A DNA stretch of 64,000 bases from an uncultured Pirellulales bacterium. Lineage in GTDB: Bacteria; Planctomycetota; Phycisphaerae; Sedimentisphaerales; Anaerobacaceae. Below are positions 62,381 to 64,000 of this stretch, piece by piece (position 1 is the stretch's first letter; every line of letters starts with the position of its first letter). Location of the stretch: the NCBI GenBank assembly GCA_964507995.1, contig CAZDTD010000001.1, forward strand, positions 1,348-65,347, read 5' to 3'. The position numbers were made by a program, and so were the translations under genes. A model generated the notes under the pieces. It worked only from the letters and a program-made list of their open reading frames with translations. It was not told the origin of the DNA and made no database searches.

Positions 62381-62484
62381 GCCGTTCAGGTTGGCGCGTG
62401 CGTGGCTCACAGAGGACACCACACTGCATGACGGAGTCTCTGGAGTCCTCGCAAGACACATGGGCATTTCTGAAAGGTGGAGTT

Positions 62485-63159
62485 ATGGCGCGACAAGCGA
62501 GGCAATCCCGGCCGCAGGTCGTCTGCATTCTGGCGGACAACAGCGGTTCCATGCAGGGCGAGAAGGCGCGAGCCGCAACGGACGGAATCCGCGAGATGAT
62601 CATGGAATGTCAGACCAAGGGGCCTCAGGGGATCGAACGGTCCTATTTCAAACTCCTGTTGATCCGATTCGACAGTGACGCTCGGATCGATCCGAATTGC
62701 GATATGGCGCCAGTTCGCCATCTCGATCCTCAAACGATTGAGATCCGCGCCGATGGCGGGCAAACGAACATCACCGCAGCGCTTCGACTCGCTGTGGACC
62801 GTCTCAAACCGTACATGCAGGGACTGCAGAATCATCCGGAACACGCCGAGCACCCCTTGCCATTGGTGCTGCTGTTCTCGGATGGCGAGCACAACGTGGG
62901 CCCTGCCCCGCAGCCTGTCGCGTCGGAACTCAAGAGCCTGACGCTCGACGGAGAACCGGTCGTCGTGGTGTCCGCAGGAGTGGCCGTCGGGGAAGGTCGG
63001 CCCGATGACAATATGCTCAGGGAGATTGCGTCGCCTGAGTGTTACCTTCCGGTAACGGCAGCCGATATGCTCACCGCTTTCATCAGTGAGGTGGGAAGTT
63101 CCGGCTTGTCCTCGGCAGCGGAGATCGCTGAGAAGATCAGAGAAGAAATCAGTGAGTGA
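62485..63159 (+). CDS. von Willebrand factor A (vWA) domain protein, TerY-like
   Basis: ATG at 62485 with RBS AAAGGTGGAG. MIDAS 'VVCILADNSGSMQGEK' (DxSxS), 'GGQTNITAAL' (Thr), 'LVLLFSDGEHN' (Asp). Confidence 0.88.
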   Translation: MARQARQSRPQVVCILADNSGSMQGEKARAATDGIREMIMECQTKGPQGIERSYFKLLLIRFDSDARIDPNCDMAPVRHLDPQTIEIRADGGQTNITAALRLAVDRLKPYMQGLQNHPEHAEHPLPLVLLFSDGEHNVGPAPQPVASELKSLTLDGEPVVVVSAGVAVGEGRPDDNMLREIASPECYLPVTAADMLTAFISEVGSSGLSSAAEIAEKIREEISE

Positions 63160-63161
63160 CT

Positions 63162-64000
63162 ATGTCGGACGAACCGTTCCAGGAGCACCGCACGGCACCC
63201 GAACCGGCCACCTTGACCGGCTGTCGACGGGAAGGACACGAAGAATTGGACGCTGTCGGGCAATTGTTGGTGGACGACGCCTCGTTCGTCGATGACCGTG
63301 TCGCAGTCTCGGTCTATACGGATCGTGGGCCCGTCCATGCGGACAAAGACCTGAACCAGGACTTCGTTCTTGCCTGGCGGCCCTCGCAAGCCCACGGCCC
63401 GCGCGCCCTGCAGTTCGTTTTGGCGATCGCGGACGGCGTCAGTTCCTCTCTCTATGCGGAATGGGCGTCGGAACTGGCCTGTTGGGCCGGGGTCCGGGCA
63501 CTTGTGGCCAATAGTGAGAAGACTGGGGCCCTGGACCTGGCTCACACAGCGTTCAACTCCGCGGGCGGTGCTGTCGGCCGACTTGCGGATGAGATCACCG
63601 CGAATTCCGACGTCTTCCGACCAAAGGGCGAATTCGATTCCACCTGGGGGTACCGGCTCCGCAAGGGACGACTCGTTCAGACGACCTTGTTCCTGGCCTG
63701 GATCGATGCCGACGGTCTGCACGCGGCTTCCGTGGGAGATGCAGGCGCCGTGTGCCGCGTAATGCCGAGCGGTGTTTCACGCGCCGGAGCCGTAGACCAA
63801 GTCGTCGCCCGGTGTAATCTCGAAACCAGTCTCGTCAATGCCATCGGGCCGCAACAACGGACGATTCGGCAATTCGATAGCTGGTTCGAAACCTCGACCG
63901 GGACGCAGACGCTTTTCGCCGCCTATACAGACGGCATAGCACGAGGTCTGGGTCTCGAGCCCCTCGTGCTGCTGGATCGTTTGGAGCAGTTGCGCGAGCA
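63162..64000 (+). CDS. PP2C-family Ser/Thr phosphatase, 3' end beyond the window
   Basis: This ORF is absent from the supplied track because no stop is reached. My own translation from the ATG at 63162 (2 nt after the vWA stop) gives 'MSDEPFQEHR...FVLAIADGVSSSLYAEW...AASVGDAGAVCRV...FAAYTDGIARGL'. These are the acidic metal-binding motifs of PP2C/SpoIIE-type phosphatases. Confidence 0.75.
   Translation, partial: MSDEPFQEHRTAPEPATLTGCRREGHEELDAVGQLLVDDASFVDDRVAVSVYTDRGPVHADKDLNQDFVLAWRPSQAHGPRALQFVLAIADGVSSSLYAEWASELACWAGVRALVANSEKTGALDLAHTAFNSAGGAVGRLADEITANSDVFRPKGEFDSTWGYRLRKGRLVQTTLFLAWIDADGLHAASVGDAGAVCRVMPSGVSRAGAVDQVVARCNLETSLVNAIGPQQRTIRQFDSWFETSTGTQTLFAAYTDGIARGLGLEPLVLLDRLEQLRE

Noticed and set aside
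61919-62467. 182-aa minus-strand ORF as a serine recombinase/resolvase gene.
   Set aside because: - Similarity is limited to a short stretch.
- The spacing between the putative catalytic Ser region and the rest is far too short.
- The region looks low in GC3.
- A near-consensus plus-strand promoter lies inside it.

At best it is a decayed remnant.
1-64000. CRISPR arrays, rRNA genes, retron/DGR reverse transcriptases, restriction-modification or toxin-antitoxin pairs.
   Set aside because: I saw no short direct-repeat/spacer periodicity, no rRNA-like conserved stretches, no reverse-transcriptase (YxDD), methyltransferase or small TA-like ORF pairs while reading the track and the intergenic DNA. 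A computational repeat scan would be needed to exclude these fully.

Overview
High-GC bacterial window. I found no rRNA, no intact tRNA, no CRISPR array and no recognisable housekeeping gene, so almost all of it looks accessory. All calls are motif-level readings of the supplied translations and the raw DNA; no database search was possible.

**Left ~9 kb.** A 5'-truncated SNF2 helicase is paired with a SWIM zinc-finger protein. Next comes a mobile-element scrapyard:
- an intact IS21-family element with 32-bp perfect inverted repeats
- a tRNA-Phe-like 3' fragment
- a short tyrosine integrase
- an rve/DDE transposase

**~9.4 to ~61.3 kb.** One contiguous, tightly packed supercluster in three transcription blocks:
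- Block A (minus, 15717->9404): ECF-like sigma, soluble zf-HC2 anti-sigma, ClpA-like double-AAA+ unfoldase, and an FHA / transglutaminase-like / Clp_N fusion protein.
- Block B (plus, 16178->31702): two MotA/ExbB-type stator-like modules with unusual B-subunit-like partners that carry an Asp in the TM helix. One partner has coiled-coil spacers; the other has seven Ig-like repeats and a second TM helix. The block also holds a TPR protein, a 1246-aa secreted protein, and a Ser/Thr kinase fused to two FGE-sulfatase domains.
- Block C (minus, ~61.2->31.7 kb): MoxR/RavA-like AAA+, a degenerate vWA-like protein, a 994-aa coiled-coil protein, a polytopic membrane protein and a 3216-aa membrane-anchored multi-beta-propeller giant. 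It ends with a dedicated Hsp70 + GrpE-like + possible J-like membrane protein triad and a TPR/coiled-coil protein.

**Right edge.** A TerY-like vWA protein and a PP2C phosphatase run off the window.

The supercluster and its sub-modules are my candidate for an undescribed, envelope-associated, energy-coupled sensing or conflict system.
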